Positions 26,301-36,786 are shown, counted from the first letter of the stretch. The stretch is 64,000 nt of DNA from Candidatus Latescibacterota bacterium (GCA_965204375.1 OZ241986.1:1-64000), one strand, 5' to 3'. The notes: a model not told the origin generated them from the letters alone. A program made the numbers and translations.

Positions 26301-28262
26301 GGTGTCTGCAAAAACAAACGATCCGCCAGCCGGATTCGGTAGAAAAGTAGGAAACATGGCACCGTCCAAGCACTGGAGTTCGTCCCTTATGGCTTTCGCT
26401 TTTTGACCCTGCTCAAAGGCCGCGTGGAGAACGAGGTTGTCATAAGCCGCATGCCACGCAACGCGCAATGGATGCATTGGCAGGACGATCAAACCGATCA
26501 TTCGTCCTGCAAGGGACTGCACTTCCACGGTGTTGCAAAGTGCCAAGGATGGATCCCCACTTTCCAGTAAGAGAGTCCAGGCGCGGATATACTCTTTAAC
26601 CAAATTAAACGCTTTTGCCTTATCGTCATAAATGTGGCCTACCACACTGTTGTTCTTGCAGACATAGTCAGCCCATCTTCGGCTCGCTGTGGTAACTCGA
26701 TTCCATGCATCCCCATTGCCCTCACAGCGAATGAAATCCACTTCTCCCGCTTGGGTTCCAGATGCACGTACTTTAACGCGCCAATGTCCTGGTATTCCGG
26801 CTCTACCCATCCACTGCTTTTCTACTTCGCGGATCAGCGGTGGACAAGACACGCGAAAACTCAACCGTTTTGAAGCTGTCGTGCGCAACAGCACCGAGTT
26901 GCCTTTCTCATCGAAGCTAAAACCCGCTGGATTATCGACGATAGCCGAGACGTTTTCTCTGTCATTGAGTTCGACCATCCCCTCACTGAAGGTGCGAACC
27001 TTTTTGCCAGCACCCCCCGCGTTCTTTTCAGGTGGCTCGCCAAAGCGAATGAAGAATTCCTCGCTCTCTTGAGGTTCAACTACATCGTTACCGACTACGG
27101 AAATCACCACCTTAGCGGAGACAAGAGATTCCTCATTCAACAATGAGAAGTCGTCATTGCTGAATCGACATTTTTCCTCTCTTTTTCCTGAATGACCTGC
27201 TTCGTGTACGGCAAGTTCTTCATCCATGCCTGTCAGGATGGCAACATGGTACTCAACAGCATTTTTTTCTAAGTTGCTGGGCCTTGCCTTCCATCTGATT
27301 TCCAAATTCGAATAGTCAGCTGAAGTCGCGGGTTCTGGATTCAAAATTAACTCTGGCGGTTCGTCATCAGGTCGTTCTGTCAATCCCGACCACTTGGCAA
27401 TCGTGCCATTTCGATTGCGCCAAGACACAAGTTCAATTGATTCGATGTCACTCGCATTCTCTATCTGCAATGCACCTACCCACAGGTGTTTCTTATCTGC
27501 CAGTTTTTCCAATGCAGGAAGAAGAGATTGGGTTTCCGCAGTGTGCAGGAAGCCTTCAAGGTCGCGGCGCTGTTCATCCGTCAACTTAGCTAGCCGTAGC
27601 GACTCAATGCGTGCTGGAATAGTCAGACCAAAGGCTGCCGTCCCCAACAAGTGATCCACGAATCGGCGTGCAAAGTCCAACTCTTCCTTCGAAACTGAGT
27701 CATCGATTTTTTTTACTGGCCACAGACCAAGTAGGTGAAAATACGCGCCAGGATGTCGTTTGTGCGCTGCAATCCGGCACAAAAAATCGAATACTGTCCA
27801 GGGTGAAACACTGTACTGCCTACCGAATCCTTCGGCTTTTTTTATTGCGTCTTCGGCATACTGGCGATCAGCGCGGGACAATTGGCGCGTCACTTCAGCA
27901 GCAGCCAGTCGTCGAGCTTCCTTGAACAGTCCTGTCTCATCTACTTCCCGCGACGCGCTGTAAATGCCGTCCATGCCAGCACCGGCACGATCAGTGTCCA
28001 CCAGTAGCAAAGTTGCTTTGCCTTTGGTCTCGCGTATCTCGACAGCATGATCCGCTGTAATGGTTCGCGTTTTGGCATTATCCGAATCCGCGACCCGTCG
28101 AATCTGCCAATCCTGTAGGCTGAAGTTATCGTCCACAGCGAGCTTCATCACCACATCTGACGTCAAACAACGGACGAAGGCCATAGCACCAGATTCAGCT
28201 TGACCCAGTACATTTGAAAACGCATTCCCGAGTATTTTCCCATGTAAGTTGGTCCATTCCAT
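23316..28262 (-). CDS. mad8: MADS Mad8 / DndH(DptH)-like large protein: PD-(D/E)XK-like motif plus C-terminal HerA/VirB4-like ATPase
   Basis: 1648 aa; Walker A GLPGMGKT, Walker B LIFDEAH, RKYGISLVLASQ; RPDL...FIEIK motif; third gene of the kinase-unknown-ATPase triad. Confidence 0.75.
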   Translation of the reverse strand: MEWTNLHGKILGNAFSNVLGQAESGAMAFVRCLTSDVVMKLAVDDNFSLQDWQIRRVADSDNAKTRTITADHAVEIRETKGKATLLLVDTDRAGAGMDGIYSASREVDETGLFKEARRLAAAEVTRQLSRADRQYAEDAIKKAEGFGRQYSVSPWTVFDFLCRIAAHKRHPGAYFHLLGLWPVKKIDDSVSKEELDFARRFVDHLLGTAAFGLTIPARIESLRLAKLTDEQRRDLEGFLHTAETQSLLPALEKLADKKHLWVGALQIENASDIESIELVSWRNRNGTIAKWSGLTERPDDEPPELILNPEPATSADYSNLEIRWKARPSNLEKNAVEYHVAILTGMDEELAVHEAGHSGKREEKCRFSNDDFSLLNEESLVSAKVVISVVGNDVVEPQESEEFFIRFGEPPEKNAGGAGKKVRTFSEGMVELNDRENVSAIVDNPAGFSFDEKGNSVLLRTTASKRLSFRVSCPPLIREVEKQWMGRAGIPGHWRVKVRASGTQAGEVDFIRCEGNGDAWNRVTTASRRWADYVCKNNSVVGHIYDDKAKAFNLVKEYIRAWTLLLESGDPSLALCNTVEVQSLAGRMIGLIVLPMHPLRVAWHAAYDNLVLHAAFEQGQKAKAIRDELQCLDGAMFPTFLPNPAGGSFVFADTLGFHAVGMVPDTDKEPKAAVAILASALGEGASMENAPTVGGQSAKIVGDEIIKYLDCHNTSRLLHVHALRSGDGLTIARSLGHVHDHLHIADDEDGLSVDSEEESREPPIFSLEMYPSEEQRGIAGRFIVEARERRRSGAGVVSIEDRWMLESLSMAGGVNMPKLRWARKDRTEPETAAHVAVAFDTFESYVVSDGQEPSNDGPFHAFGLLSFYKRDFTTKPTPMWYSTIPPAKDGEKHPSERIHTERMARLQQAIQGTVARHVGTENNKLPVLHTAISPEKADNLKNLHRLCDWVITLDRNAGIEYFDSPRDNGEIYDAYVIDCVPEREDLGCLQLITSTSNLDEVRRLLDGALNQMGLSRSRRNAEFLLEHLKALSGRLAIRLTGDKPPISELIALAFSQANCRQAREEDPCWVPLDHGFIVPVDDVRDLLPPFKDKNDDEKNVRPDLVYVTTARRKGLIFRFIEIKHRRDLRATKSPDILSRVRDQIEGMRKRWNDWYSHEVCSAFRAVRRAKLARVLRFYVDKARRHHLSETRHGELVTEINRMIEKGGDYKLDIDESGDRGWVFCPEYAGASPLEISPDNWNTKVFLFGPSLLPDSDFHLAINNHEPEIRSASKRDNKKVKGDIDSQQISVEQVEASVDTIPSICLGTDSFTNAKVDWPLTVKGNPHLLIAGLPGMGKTTCLLNLCQQMVAADICPIIFSYHQDIDEKLEQSVDSVRFIDFDGLGFNPLEVVNRESRMAHLDVAGAIRDIFAAIYPELGDIQTERIRRAIKDSFTEAGWGNANAGTTDLQEPAFSRFVEILRDEKLDRGLATLLARLEELEDYGFFNLRESRSSLWESEQPIVIRIHTTQNDNLQRAFASLVFYSLYKDMFRRGIHDRVTHALIFDEAHRAAGLKLIPTMAKECRKYGISLVLASQEAKDFNVSVFSAIANYLVLRLTDVDAKFLVRNVASSQHERVLIDKIKQMERFKAMYFCEERKNPSPLSLLPPL

Positions 28263-28263
28263 A

Positions 28264-30072
28264 TCAATTCTCCACTTCAGTATCGAAGCGAGGCTTTAGC
28301 CGCTTCATTGCTTCTGCATCATTGACACCCACCAAAAGTCCCAGATCGCGCAGGCGTCGCTCCAAAATCGTGCGATTTCTTTGCAGTAATTCGTTGGAGA
28401 TCGTCATCCCTGATGGAGCGGTATCAACATAGAAGCCGTATCGTTCGCGCAGAATTTCGATAAATTCCTTGAATGAGAGGGTCCGGATGCCCAGTTTATT
28501 GCCACTTCGCAACAAATGGAGATGGACAAGATAGTCCAGTACCGAATCGGTGAATACCAAAGAACGCACATCGCGTTTGCGGCGCGTTGTACTTCCACCA
28601 AGACCACGCGTCGTCACTCTTTTCGCGGCCAGACCGTTCGGACGCCCGGTGAGCAAGATTGAGTCAATCATTCCCATAAACTTGGTACGAGAGCTTGCCC
28701 CTATTAGAACCATTAAACCATCGGCAAATCGCCAGACCGGATTGGGCTGGTTATCTGCATTGCCAAGAATCTCCGCTGCCTCGGCATAGGCGTCCGCTAC
28801 TTCTGTAGCCAATTTGTTAGCATCATCTTCAATCCTGAACAAAATTCGTTGCGCTTCTGAATGGCGATTGTGCAGCAAGTCCCCTAACAGATTTAGCCAC
28901 TCGGTAGAATAAGGTCGGGTAACAATACCCTGATTTTTGATTTTTTGATTGTCCTGTGCATGATAATCCAGCAGCCGCAGTGCCATTAGAATAGCGGGAA
29001 GGCGCTCCAAGCGTCGCATATGGTCATCCATTGACTGCTCAGCTATATCCCGAATACTGCGTTCGACTCCGTTAGAGCAGTCGATGAATAATGGAGCCGG
29101 TAGCTGTTTCCTTCGATCTGGGATGGCACCCGTATCCGACCACTGCAACAGCAACTCTATCGTGCTGGTAAGAATGGTCATCAGGCCAATGGCAATACAG
29201 GACTCCAGCATTTCCACCAGAGCGTATCGCGGCACCAAAGCAGAGTATGAGCGTACGAAGCGGCGAATGTCCTCGGAGAAGTTCTGCGCTGCTTGCTCGG
29301 CAATAGGGCGTTGATTAGAGATTGGGCCTGCTTCCCTACCACGTATCTTATCTGGTGCCCTTTCAAGTTGCTGAGCGAGTCGGACCATCAATAGTTGGTC
29401 TAATCCTACTGAGTCATTTTTCTCCTCAAACCGCTCCGATGCCAGGTCTCCCGAGAATTCTCCCTGGCGGATAACACCTTGGCTAAAGGCATTCAACAAA
29501 ACGTTATCTTCGTAGTTTTTCCCTATGGGGAACCATGTTTGTTTCTTATTTTCGCTCAGCCCGACAAACTCACCATTCTTTTGATCGGCCAGCAGGGCCA
29601 CGATCATTTCGGGAACGTAGCGGAGGTTCACTACTCTTTCTGGTAAATCAATCCAACTCGCCATATAATGGGCTGGTGCAACGCGCTGTATCTGCTGGTC
29701 CCGCCCCAAACCATGCTTGACATTTTCAAGACAGAAACAGAGTAATAAATCGCCGAGGATGGCTTTTTCGAGTTCGCTGTTAAAACCGTCTAACTTTTCT
29801 ATGTTGGAAAGCCTCTCTGCGATGCGCTCAATATTCACTGACCGTCTTATTTGGCTGGGCGATCCGCTTTTGTCTCCAAAGGTCTTTAGAAAATTTCCAA
29901 TACCTCTGCGTTGGCCGAAACGGAACATGTAGAAAACAGCGGGAAGAATGGAAGACAACTCAAAAGACTGAACAGAGACAGGTAACACTTTGTCGTAGTT
30001 CCCAGACCAGATTTCTCGGGTCATTTTGCGCCCCAGAATATCATCAACGAGTGCGCGGGCATTATCGGCCAT
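28264..30072 (-). CDS. mad7: MADS Mad7 / DndG(DptG)-like protein
   Basis: 602 aa between the Mad6- and Mad8-like genes; C-terminal F...LRERYG...LERRLRDLGLLVGVNDA resembles DndG-like ends. Confidence 0.65.
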   Translation of the reverse strand: MADNARALVDDILGRKMTREIWSGNYDKVLPVSVQSFELSSILPAVFYMFRFGQRRGIGNFLKTFGDKSGSPSQIRRSVNIERIAERLSNIEKLDGFNSELEKAILGDLLLCFCLENVKHGLGRDQQIQRVAPAHYMASWIDLPERVVNLRYVPEMIVALLADQKNGEFVGLSENKKQTWFPIGKNYEDNVLLNAFSQGVIRQGEFSGDLASERFEEKNDSVGLDQLLMVRLAQQLERAPDKIRGREAGPISNQRPIAEQAAQNFSEDIRRFVRSYSALVPRYALVEMLESCIAIGLMTILTSTIELLLQWSDTGAIPDRRKQLPAPLFIDCSNGVERSIRDIAEQSMDDHMRRLERLPAILMALRLLDYHAQDNQKIKNQGIVTRPYSTEWLNLLGDLLHNRHSEAQRILFRIEDDANKLATEVADAYAEAAEILGNADNQPNPVWRFADGLMVLIGASSRTKFMGMIDSILLTGRPNGLAAKRVTTRGLGGSTTRRKRDVRSLVFTDSVLDYLVHLHLLRSGNKLGIRTLSFKEFIEILRERYGFYVDTAPSGMTISNELLQRNRTILERRLRDLGLLVGVNDAEAMKRLKPRFDTEVEN

Positions 30073-30082
30073 TTTTTGTCTC

Positions 30083-33000
30083 CTACATCAGTTGTTGAAT
30101 AATCATTCGTTGCTGATCGTCTGTACCATCACTTTCAACGATCTCAGCAGAAATTTCATAGATTGCATCGTCCTGCATTGGATTATATGCCAATATCTTG
30201 CGATCATCCTCGCGAACCAATCGCTGCACAAAGATGGATAATTGGGCAAATGTATCATCCGTTGAGACGTCGCCCAACTGGTATCCATCATTCAGTTCCA
30301 GTAACAAATGAAACAAATCGGCACCAAGACGGAGACGCTCTTTCCGTCCATCCCGGTAGCGATAGATCAAAAAGACTTGGCGATGTAGTCGGTCGAGTCC
30401 CGGGGCTTCAGTGGGCAGATCAGCTTCGAGCCGAAAAGCGGTAATAGGCTTTTCTACCCAGAATGCTGTTTCAGTAGGGGTGCGAGGAGTGATACGTAGT
30501 GGGATGACTCTCGAGCGATCAAATGCTTTAGGAGGTAGGTTTTCCAGGCGCGCAATCCCCCCACATAGTTTTTGGCAAAGATCATCGAGATTGGCCTTGT
30601 CAATTGGAAGACTCTGGAACTTTGGATAATGCCGCGCTTGGGCTAAACCTAGGGCATTAGGATCGCCGGTAAGTTCAGCGACCTCGTCTTGGATCCATTC
30701 AAAATAAGCTCGCCGTCGCGCTGATTCCAATTCCATCTCTGCATAATGGGTAACATCAATGGTAGTATCAATAGATGGCGTACGCAGCAGTTTCCGATCG
30801 ATCTGTGGATGGGCTTCAAGAGCCGGGTCAAAACGTATCAGTTCTTGTAACACTTCGCCCTGCCGTCCCGGCGACTCTGGCGAAAAGGCGCGGTCCCAAT
30901 AGGGCAATAAGGTATCCTTACCGTCGTGATAGTCGCGGCAGAAGTGAACCCCAAACAGGATATATACCAGTGCGGCCCGCAGTTCGCGGATAGTGATGTG
31001 GGTTTCGCCGCGGAAGTGAACAGCTTGCAACATCTCGAACAATCGTTGCCGAGCGTGGGTACGGCGTTCCTTTAAATCCAAACCAGATAATCCATCAGGC
31101 CCAAATAACCGCAGAGCGCGGCGGACCTCACACCGGTCTTGGGCTGAACACGTTTCGCAGGGTGCCCAAATTTTGGATGCCTTCTCGCCACCGTAAAGGC
31201 TGTTTAGCAGGTCATCGAGAAAGTTGGTTTCGATATTTTTTGCATCAGCGGTTATACCTCCCACGAGAGAACGCTGGTTGAGATTGATGAATCGGATGTG
31301 CGATTCGAAGGCAGATCCCTCGCTGTTGAGCAGGCTATCAAGTGCCTGCGTTAAGGGCGTTTCCCCACCCTGAATGTGTACTACACCTTCGATCCATTCC
31401 AAGAGACGACCGTCATTGATCGCCAGAAGATGTACAATATCCTCATGGGGTGGGCCTTCTTGAAATGGTTCCAGAAATTCATCCAGTAACTCATCCGCTG
31501 ATCGTCCTTGCCAAGATGCCGAACCATCGAGATTCAGGCGCACCGTCAGGCCGTCATCCATTTGCTTTTCGAGAATGCGCTCTGAGGAAGTGTGGTCGCC
31601 AAACCCGAGACGACTGGCCAAGTGCTGAAGTAACGCGGTCTTACCATCCCCAGCGTTACCACACAGGACGACGAGGCGAACCTGCCGTTTCTGTATCTGA
31701 TCAAACAGCGATTGCTCTAAGTTAGTTTCTACATAGGTTTGCGAGGCAAAATCTGTATCGAGGCCGCGTGTTTCTCTATTACCCCAGCGCGAACCAGGAT
31801 AGGATTGTAGTAGGGATAGGAGCCAAGGAACTTCGTTTTCACTGCGAGCGTGAGGTTCCGATGGTGGTTTTGCGACATCGCTACCTTCCTTATCAATGAG
31901 TTCTTCTCCGTTTTCGGCGTCAATGGAGCTAGGCGGGAACAAAATGGCCTTCGCTTCAGTTGCGGACTTAAATCGTTGCTCGGGATCGGGATTTGTAGCT
32001 TGATCCAGAAATGCGGCGACGATTGGGTACTTGTCTCGCTCGACGCCTTCCCAATTCAATCCGCGGTCCTTGATTTGATTGCCATCGTATATAAATGGCT
32101 TCTTTTCAAAAAGCACATGGAAGAAACTCGCGGCCAACGCAAAGAAGTCATCTGAGGGTGTGGCTGGGCGGTCTTCAAGATGGGTATGCACGCTATACAT
32201 GACGGTCCCAGCAGCGGCTGGCGATCCTATCTTGGCTACACAGTCATAGTCGGTCAAAACGATCTCGCTATCGGCAACGATCAAGTTGCGCGGACTGACA
32301 TCGCCATGCACCAAACCATTGCGGTGTAGAACAGCCAACGCATCGCAAATCGTCCGTAACCAACGCAAAGATAGGGCCTCTTCCGACTCTTCATGGAAGT
32401 CTTCGGCAAGAATCGGGAGTAGCCCGGAAAGTTCGCTTAAAGGTTCGCCTTCTATCCATGCCATCAATGCAACGAATTCGTTGGCAAGCCACTCGTCCGC
32501 TGTCTCGAAGATGGTCGAAAGGGCTGTTGAATGATGGAGGTGCGAATGCGCCAAATTGTATGACTGAAGGACTCGCTTGCCCGTTTTCTTTTCTCGTGCA
32601 ACCTTGGCAACATAGGCCCCGAGGTCTCCACCAGTCGAGTCATCAATCTTCACCACCTTGAACGTAGTGCCGACACCACCTGACCCCAGACGCGACACAA
32701 TGCGGTAATCTCGACCTCGGAAGCTCACAATTTGGTCTTCAGTCCAGAATTGAGCCGGTGGCGCAATGACAGGCGGTGGTTCGCCCAATGGGATAGACAG
32801 AGAGTTGCGGAGTTCCTGCAAGGTGCTACGCTTCGCTGGATCATCTGCCAACCCCTCTGCAAGCACCTCCTTGGTTTTTCTACTTTCCTCATCATCCCGT
32901 TCCGAGAACAGAACGGACAGACTGGCACATAACGAATACACATCGGAGCGACGATCCGCTGCGCCGAGTCCTTGGGCACGCACCTCGGGAGCAATCGCAT

Positions 33001-34090
33001 TGTCTCCCTCATCTTCTGCACTATCAGAGATTGCCACCGTAATATCGTCGGGAATTCGGGCATGTTCGAAACCGGTTAGGATCGGGGTATTGTCATGTCT
33101 AACAAGAATCGTGCCCGGCGTGAGGTTTCGATGCAACAGGGGTTCTTCGCCTTCGTCTGTTTCATGCAGTTCCATCAATGCGTCAACTGTGTGCCGCGCA
33201 AAGGCTATGCGTGTCTTCGTATCCCAGGTGTCATCTTCCCTGCGTTGCTCAATACTGGGAGCTGCCGGATCTGCAACTGTGAAGAACCACATCTCGCCCG
33301 TGTACCCCGGTGCTTCTTGGAATGAGTCGTCAATACGCGGTGCCCAGGGGTGGAGTTGTAGTCGGTGCAGCGCGTCAAATTCCCGCCGCGCCCTCGACTC
33401 TGGATTCCGTTGGTCGATTGCCGACACATCGTATAGATGCAGGAGTACGCGATTGCGCCGTGTGAAATGTGTGCCTTTGTAGATTCGGTGAAAACGTTCA
33501 TCTGAAGGCGTCTGAAGTACCAGATTGACATAGCCAGCCATGCGTCTCAAGTCACCATGGGCCAACACATCGGTCTTTGGGTACAGAGCTTTTCCCAGTA
33601 CCTTGACCTGCGGCGGCGATAAGGACGCTGGCTCATCCAGTGCCACAGCACCTTGCCAGGTTTTTAATGTATGGAACGAAACGCCGCGGATTTTTTTCCC
33701 TTCAAGCGATTTGACTTTCAAAGCGTCCTGCGTGACGAGGAACACCCCATCAACTCGGTCGAGATTCGAGACCCTCCGACGTAATGTGGTACCGACCTTG
33801 CGTGCCTTGGCCATTACGCGCTCGGCTTCATGCTCTACAAGTTCGGTATTTTGTTTCACCCAAGTTGCGGTCCAGTGCTTGACCTCAATAACCCGGACCC
33901 CGGGCGGGCCGATGGCGATAATGTCGATTTCATCTGATTGGCGTTGATGGGTGGTGGAAAACGCGAGATTTGTCAACAGTAGCCATTCACCATCGCCCAA
34001 TTCGGAAATCAGGCCCGACTTAAGTCGCTCAAAGGCTTTCTGTTCGCTATCGTTGGCAAAAGGTCCACAGTTAATAGGAATTACTTTCAT
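30083..34090 (-). CDS. mad6: MADS Mad6-like protein: NERD nuclease + degenerate kinase + Ser/Thr kinase + DndF-like P-loop ATPase
   Basis: NERD EIDII...VIEVK; kinase 1 HRNLTPGT; kinase 2 LGSGGVG/VAK/HGDVSPRN/DYD; CGNAGDGKT and LAINDG; CxxC. Likely start ATG 34090 after GAAGGTG. Confidence 0.78.
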   Translation of the reverse strand: MKVIPINCGPFANDSEQKAFERLKSGLISELGDGEWLLLTNLAFSTTHQRQSDEIDIIAIGPPGVRVIEVKHWTATWVKQNTELVEHEAERVMAKARKVGTTLRRRVSNLDRVDGVFLVTQDALKVKSLEGKKIRGVSFHTLKTWQGAVALDEPASLSPPQVKVLGKALYPKTDVLAHGDLRRMAGYVNLVLQTPSDERFHRIYKGTHFTRRNRVLLHLYDVSAIDQRNPESRARREFDALHRLQLHPWAPRIDDSFQEAPGYTGEMWFFTVADPAAPSIEQRREDDTWDTKTRIAFARHTVDALMELHETDEGEEPLLHRNLTPGTILVRHDNTPILTGFEHARIPDDITVAISDSAEDEGDNAIAPEVRAQGLGAADRRSDVYSLCASLSVLFSERDDEESRKTKEVLAEGLADDPAKRSTLQELRNSLSIPLGEPPPVIAPPAQFWTEDQIVSFRGRDYRIVSRLGSGGVGTTFKVVKIDDSTGGDLGAYVAKVAREKKTGKRVLQSYNLAHSHLHHSTALSTIFETADEWLANEFVALMAWIEGEPLSELSGLLPILAEDFHEESEEALSLRWLRTICDALAVLHRNGLVHGDVSPRNLIVADSEIVLTDYDCVAKIGSPAAAGTVMYSVHTHLEDRPATPSDDFFALAASFFHVLFEKKPFIYDGNQIKDRGLNWEGVERDKYPIVAAFLDQATNPDPEQRFKSATEAKAILFPPSSIDAENGEELIDKEGSDVAKPPSEPHARSENEVPWLLSLLQSYPGSRWGNRETRGLDTDFASQTYVETNLEQSLFDQIQKRQVRLVVLCGNAGDGKTALLQHLASRLGFGDHTSSERILEKQMDDGLTVRLNLDGSASWQGRSADELLDEFLEPFQEGPPHEDIVHLLAINDGRLLEWIEGVVHIQGGETPLTQALDSLLNSEGSAFESHIRFINLNQRSLVGGITADAKNIETNFLDDLLNSLYGGEKASKIWAPCETCSAQDRCEVRRALRLFGPDGLSGLDLKERRTHARQRLFEMLQAVHFRGETHITIRELRAALVYILFGVHFCRDYHDGKDTLLPYWDRAFSPESPGRQGEVLQELIRFDPALEAHPQIDRKLLRTPSIDTTIDVTHYAEMELESARRRAYFEWIQDEVAELTGDPNALGLAQARHYPKFQSLPIDKANLDDLCQKLCGGIARLENLPPKAFDRSRVIPLRITPRTPTETAFWVEKPITAFRLEADLPTEAPGLDRLHRQVFLIYRYRDGRKERLRLGADLFHLLLELNDGYQLGDVSTDDTFAQLSIFVQRLVREDDRKILAYNPMQDDAIYEISAEIVESDGTDDQQRMIIQQLM

Positions 34091-34334
34091 AAACACCTTC
34101 TTCCCGTTTGTCATCACGCGCATTCAGAATACTCGAAGGTCGAACGCGGGTTCCCGTCGCTTTCTTGCGCTCGCGAACTCTTTGCAGCCACTCTTCAACT
34201 GAAGGTCGCGACGCGATTCGTTCCAACTCCTCGCGGAGAAATGCTTGCATAGACTGACGTTGGCGGGCAGCGCGGACAGCAAGTGCGTCGTGTACATCTT
34301 CTGGAACGTCTTCTATAGTGATTTGTACTGGCAT
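34071..34334 (-). CDS. FitA/VapB-like ribbon-helix-helix antitoxin, orphan; overlaps the mad6 start
   Basis: QITIEDVPEDVHDALAVRAARQRQSMQAFLR RHH signature; no PIN gene follows. Confidence 0.8.
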   Translation of the reverse strand: MPVQITIEDVPEDVHDALAVRAARQRQSMQAFLREELERIASRPSVEEWLQRVRERKKATGTRVRPSSILNARDDKREEGVYESNSY

Positions 34335-34352
34335 GACGGTTTAGTCCTATGG

Positions 34353-35477
34353 TTATTTCGCCTTGTCCATTAATTTTGCAAACTCATCGAAGAGATAATC
34401 GGCATCGTGGGGACCGGCAGAGGCTTCGGGGTGGTATTGGACGGAGAAGGCGGGCAGTTCGCGGTGGCGCAGGCCCTCCAGGGTGTTGTCGTTGAGGTTG
34501 ATGTGGGTGAGCGCTACGACTTCCCGGTTGAGGGTGTTGAGATCGACGCAGAAACCGTGGTTTTGCGCGGTGATTTCGACTTTGCCCGTGTTGGCGTGCT
34601 GCACGGGCTGGTTGGCACCCCGGTGGCCAAATTTGAGTTTGTACGTTTTTCCCCCCAGCGCCAGGCCGAGGAGCTGATGCCCCAGGCATATTCCAAAGGT
34701 GGGGCGTTCGCGGATCAATTTGTGGATGTTTTCGACCGCATACGTCACGGGTTCTGGATCGCCCGGGCCGTTGGATAAAAATATGCCGTCGGGATCGATT
34801 TCGAGGAGTTGCTCTGCGGGTGTATCGGCGGGAAAAACAGTTACATCGCAGCCGCGGTCAACGAGGTAGCGCAAGATGTTGTGTTTGATGCCAAAGTCGT
34901 AAGCCGCCACGCGGTATCTGACGTTTTGTCGCAGGTGTCTGGTCTGACCGGTTTTGAGATCGCAAAGGCCCTCGGCCCAGTGGTAGGGTTCTGTGCAGGT
35001 GACGTTTTGCACGAGGTCGCGTCCGATCAGGCCGGGGAAGTCTCGCGCTTTTTGAACGAGGCTGTCGGAATCGAGATCGATGGTTGACAGTACGCCTTTC
35101 ATTGCGCCTTGACGGCGGATATGCCGCACGAGGGCGCGGGTGTCAATGCCCTCAATGCCGGGTATGTTGTGTTCTTTTAGAAAGTCGCCGAGGGCAATGG
35201 TCGATCGCCAATTGCTGGGGTATGGACAGTATTCTTTGACGATAAAGCCAGAGACCTGGGGTTTTTGCGATTCAAAGTCAGATGGGTTGATGCCGTAGTT
35301 GCCAATGAGTGGATAGGTCATGGTGACGATCTGGCTGTTATAAGACGGATCTGTGAGGATTTCCTGATATCCCGTCATGCTGGTGTTGAAGACAACTTCT
35401 CCTTCGCATTCGACTTCTGCGCCAAAGGATTTGCCTTTGAAAATGGTGCCGTCTTCCAATGCGAGAATCGCTTCCAT
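34353..35477 (-). CDS. carA: Carbamoyl-phosphate synthase small subunit
   Basis: [34 protein letters not shown]. Confidence 0.98.
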   Translation of the reverse strand: MEAILALEDGTIFKGKSFGAEVECEGEVVFNTSMTGYQEILTDPSYNSQIVTMTYPLIGNYGINPSDFESQKPQVSGFIVKEYCPYPSNWRSTIALGDFLKEHNIPGIEGIDTRALVRHIRRQGAMKGVLSTIDLDSDSLVQKARDFPGLIGRDLVQNVTCTEPYHWAEGLCDLKTGQTRHLRQNVRYRVAAYDFGIKHNILRYLVDRGCDVTVFPADTPAEQLLEIDPDGIFLSNGPGDPEPVTYAVENIHKLIRERPTFGICLGHQLLGLALGGKTYKLKFGHRGANQPVQHANTGKVEITAQNHGFCVDLNTLNREVVALTHINLNDNTLEGLRHRELPAFSVQYHPEASAGPHDADYLFDEFAKLMDKAK

Positions 35478-35490
35478 GAATGTTGTTCCT

Positions 35491-36762
35491 TTATTGTTCG
35501 TACGTCACCTGACCACCCAGTATAGTCATTGTGGCCCGGCCTTTTAATGACCATCCGTGAAAGGGCGTGTTACGAGATTTGGATTTGAACTGATTGGCAT
35601 CTACAATCCATTCGAGATTGGGATTGATGACTGTAATATCGGCGGGTTTGCCAGGGGAGAGGCTCCCGCCTTCGATGCCGAGGATGCGCGCGGGTTCTAT
35701 GGTGAGTTTGGCAATTGTATCTGAAAGGGAGAGCAGGTTGGTGTGGACGAGTTTGGTGAAGATGATGCTGACAGCGGTTTCAAGGCCAAGGATACCATTG
35801 GGTGCGTTGGTAAATGCACCCAATTTTTCTTTTATCGTGTGTGGCGCGTGGTCTGTGGCGAGTGCGTCAATGGTGCCGTCCTGTAAGCCAGCGATCACGG
35901 CTTCTCGGTCTTCACTGGAACGCAGTGGCGGACTCATTTTGCCTGCTGTGCCGAGGATGCGCACGTCCTCATCGGTCAATGCGATGTGATGAGGAGAGGC
36001 TTCGCAGGTGACGGGCAGGCCCTCTGCTTTGGCTCTGCGCACGAGTTCGGCGGCGCGTTTGACGCTGAGGTGCAGGATATGGAGACGCCCCCGGGTTTGG
36101 CGCACGAGTTCGATGTCGCGCGCGTTCATGGCTGCTTCGCCTTCGGCGGGCATGCCTTTCAGGCCGAGTTCGCGGGAAACCGTGCCTTCGTGCATGTGCC
36201 CGCCGCGCGTGAGTTCAAAGACTTCGGAGTGGGGGTAAACCGCAAAATCGTTGGCGGCTGCGCGCTCCAAAAGTTGGCGCATCAGAGCTTCGGATTCAAT
36301 GGGGAGGCCGTCGTCGGAAAATCCAACAGCACCTGCTTTGAGCAGGGCATCGGTATCGGTGAGTTTTTCGCCCTGCATTTTTTGGGTTGCACAGGCGATG
36401 GGATACACGCGGGCATCTGCCGATTTTGCCTGTTGGACGATGTATTGGACAATTTCTGGGTTGTCTGTCGGCGGTTCTGTATTGGGTAGGCAGGCCATAG
36501 ATGTGAAGCCTCCGGCAGCAGCGGCTTCACATCCGGTTTTGATGGTTTCTTTTTCTGGAAAACCCGGATCGCGCAGGTGGACATGCATATCGATGAGGCC
36601 GGGTACGACGATTTGGCCCGAGACATCAATGGCTTTGGCACTTGCGACGATATGCGGTTCAATGCGCGCGATGTGACCGCGTTGTATGAGCAGATCGGCG
36701 ATTTCATCGCGGTTGTTAGCCGGGTCGAGGATGCGACCGTTTTTGAGCAGGAGATCGGACAT
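35491..36762 (-). CDS. pyrC: Dihydroorotase
   Basis: [25 protein letters not shown]; adjacent to carA. Confidence 0.95.
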   Translation of the reverse strand: MSDLLLKNGRILDPANNRDEIADLLIQRGHIARIEPHIVASAKAIDVSGQIVVPGLIDMHVHLRDPGFPEKETIKTGCEAAAAGGFTSMACLPNTEPPTDNPEIVQYIVQQAKSADARVYPIACATQKMQGEKLTDTDALLKAGAVGFSDDGLPIESEALMRQLLERAAANDFAVYPHSEVFELTRGGHMHEGTVSRELGLKGMPAEGEAAMNARDIELVRQTRGRLHILHLSVKRAAELVRRAKAEGLPVTCEASPHHIALTDEDVRILGTAGKMSPPLRSSEDREAVIAGLQDGTIDALATDHAPHTIKEKLGAFTNAPNGILGLETAVSIIFTKLVHTNLLSLSDTIAKLTIEPARILGIEGGSLSPGKPADITVINPNLEWIVDANQFKSKSRNTPFHGWSLKGRATMTILGGQVTYEQ

Positions 36763-36786
36763 TAGAAAGGTTGTAAATATCCTCTC

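Noticed and set aside
30083-34090. BREX type 2 PglW
   Set aside because: No pglX/Y/Z genes are present; the C-terminal ATPase and the downstream genes match Mad6-8/DndFGH instead.
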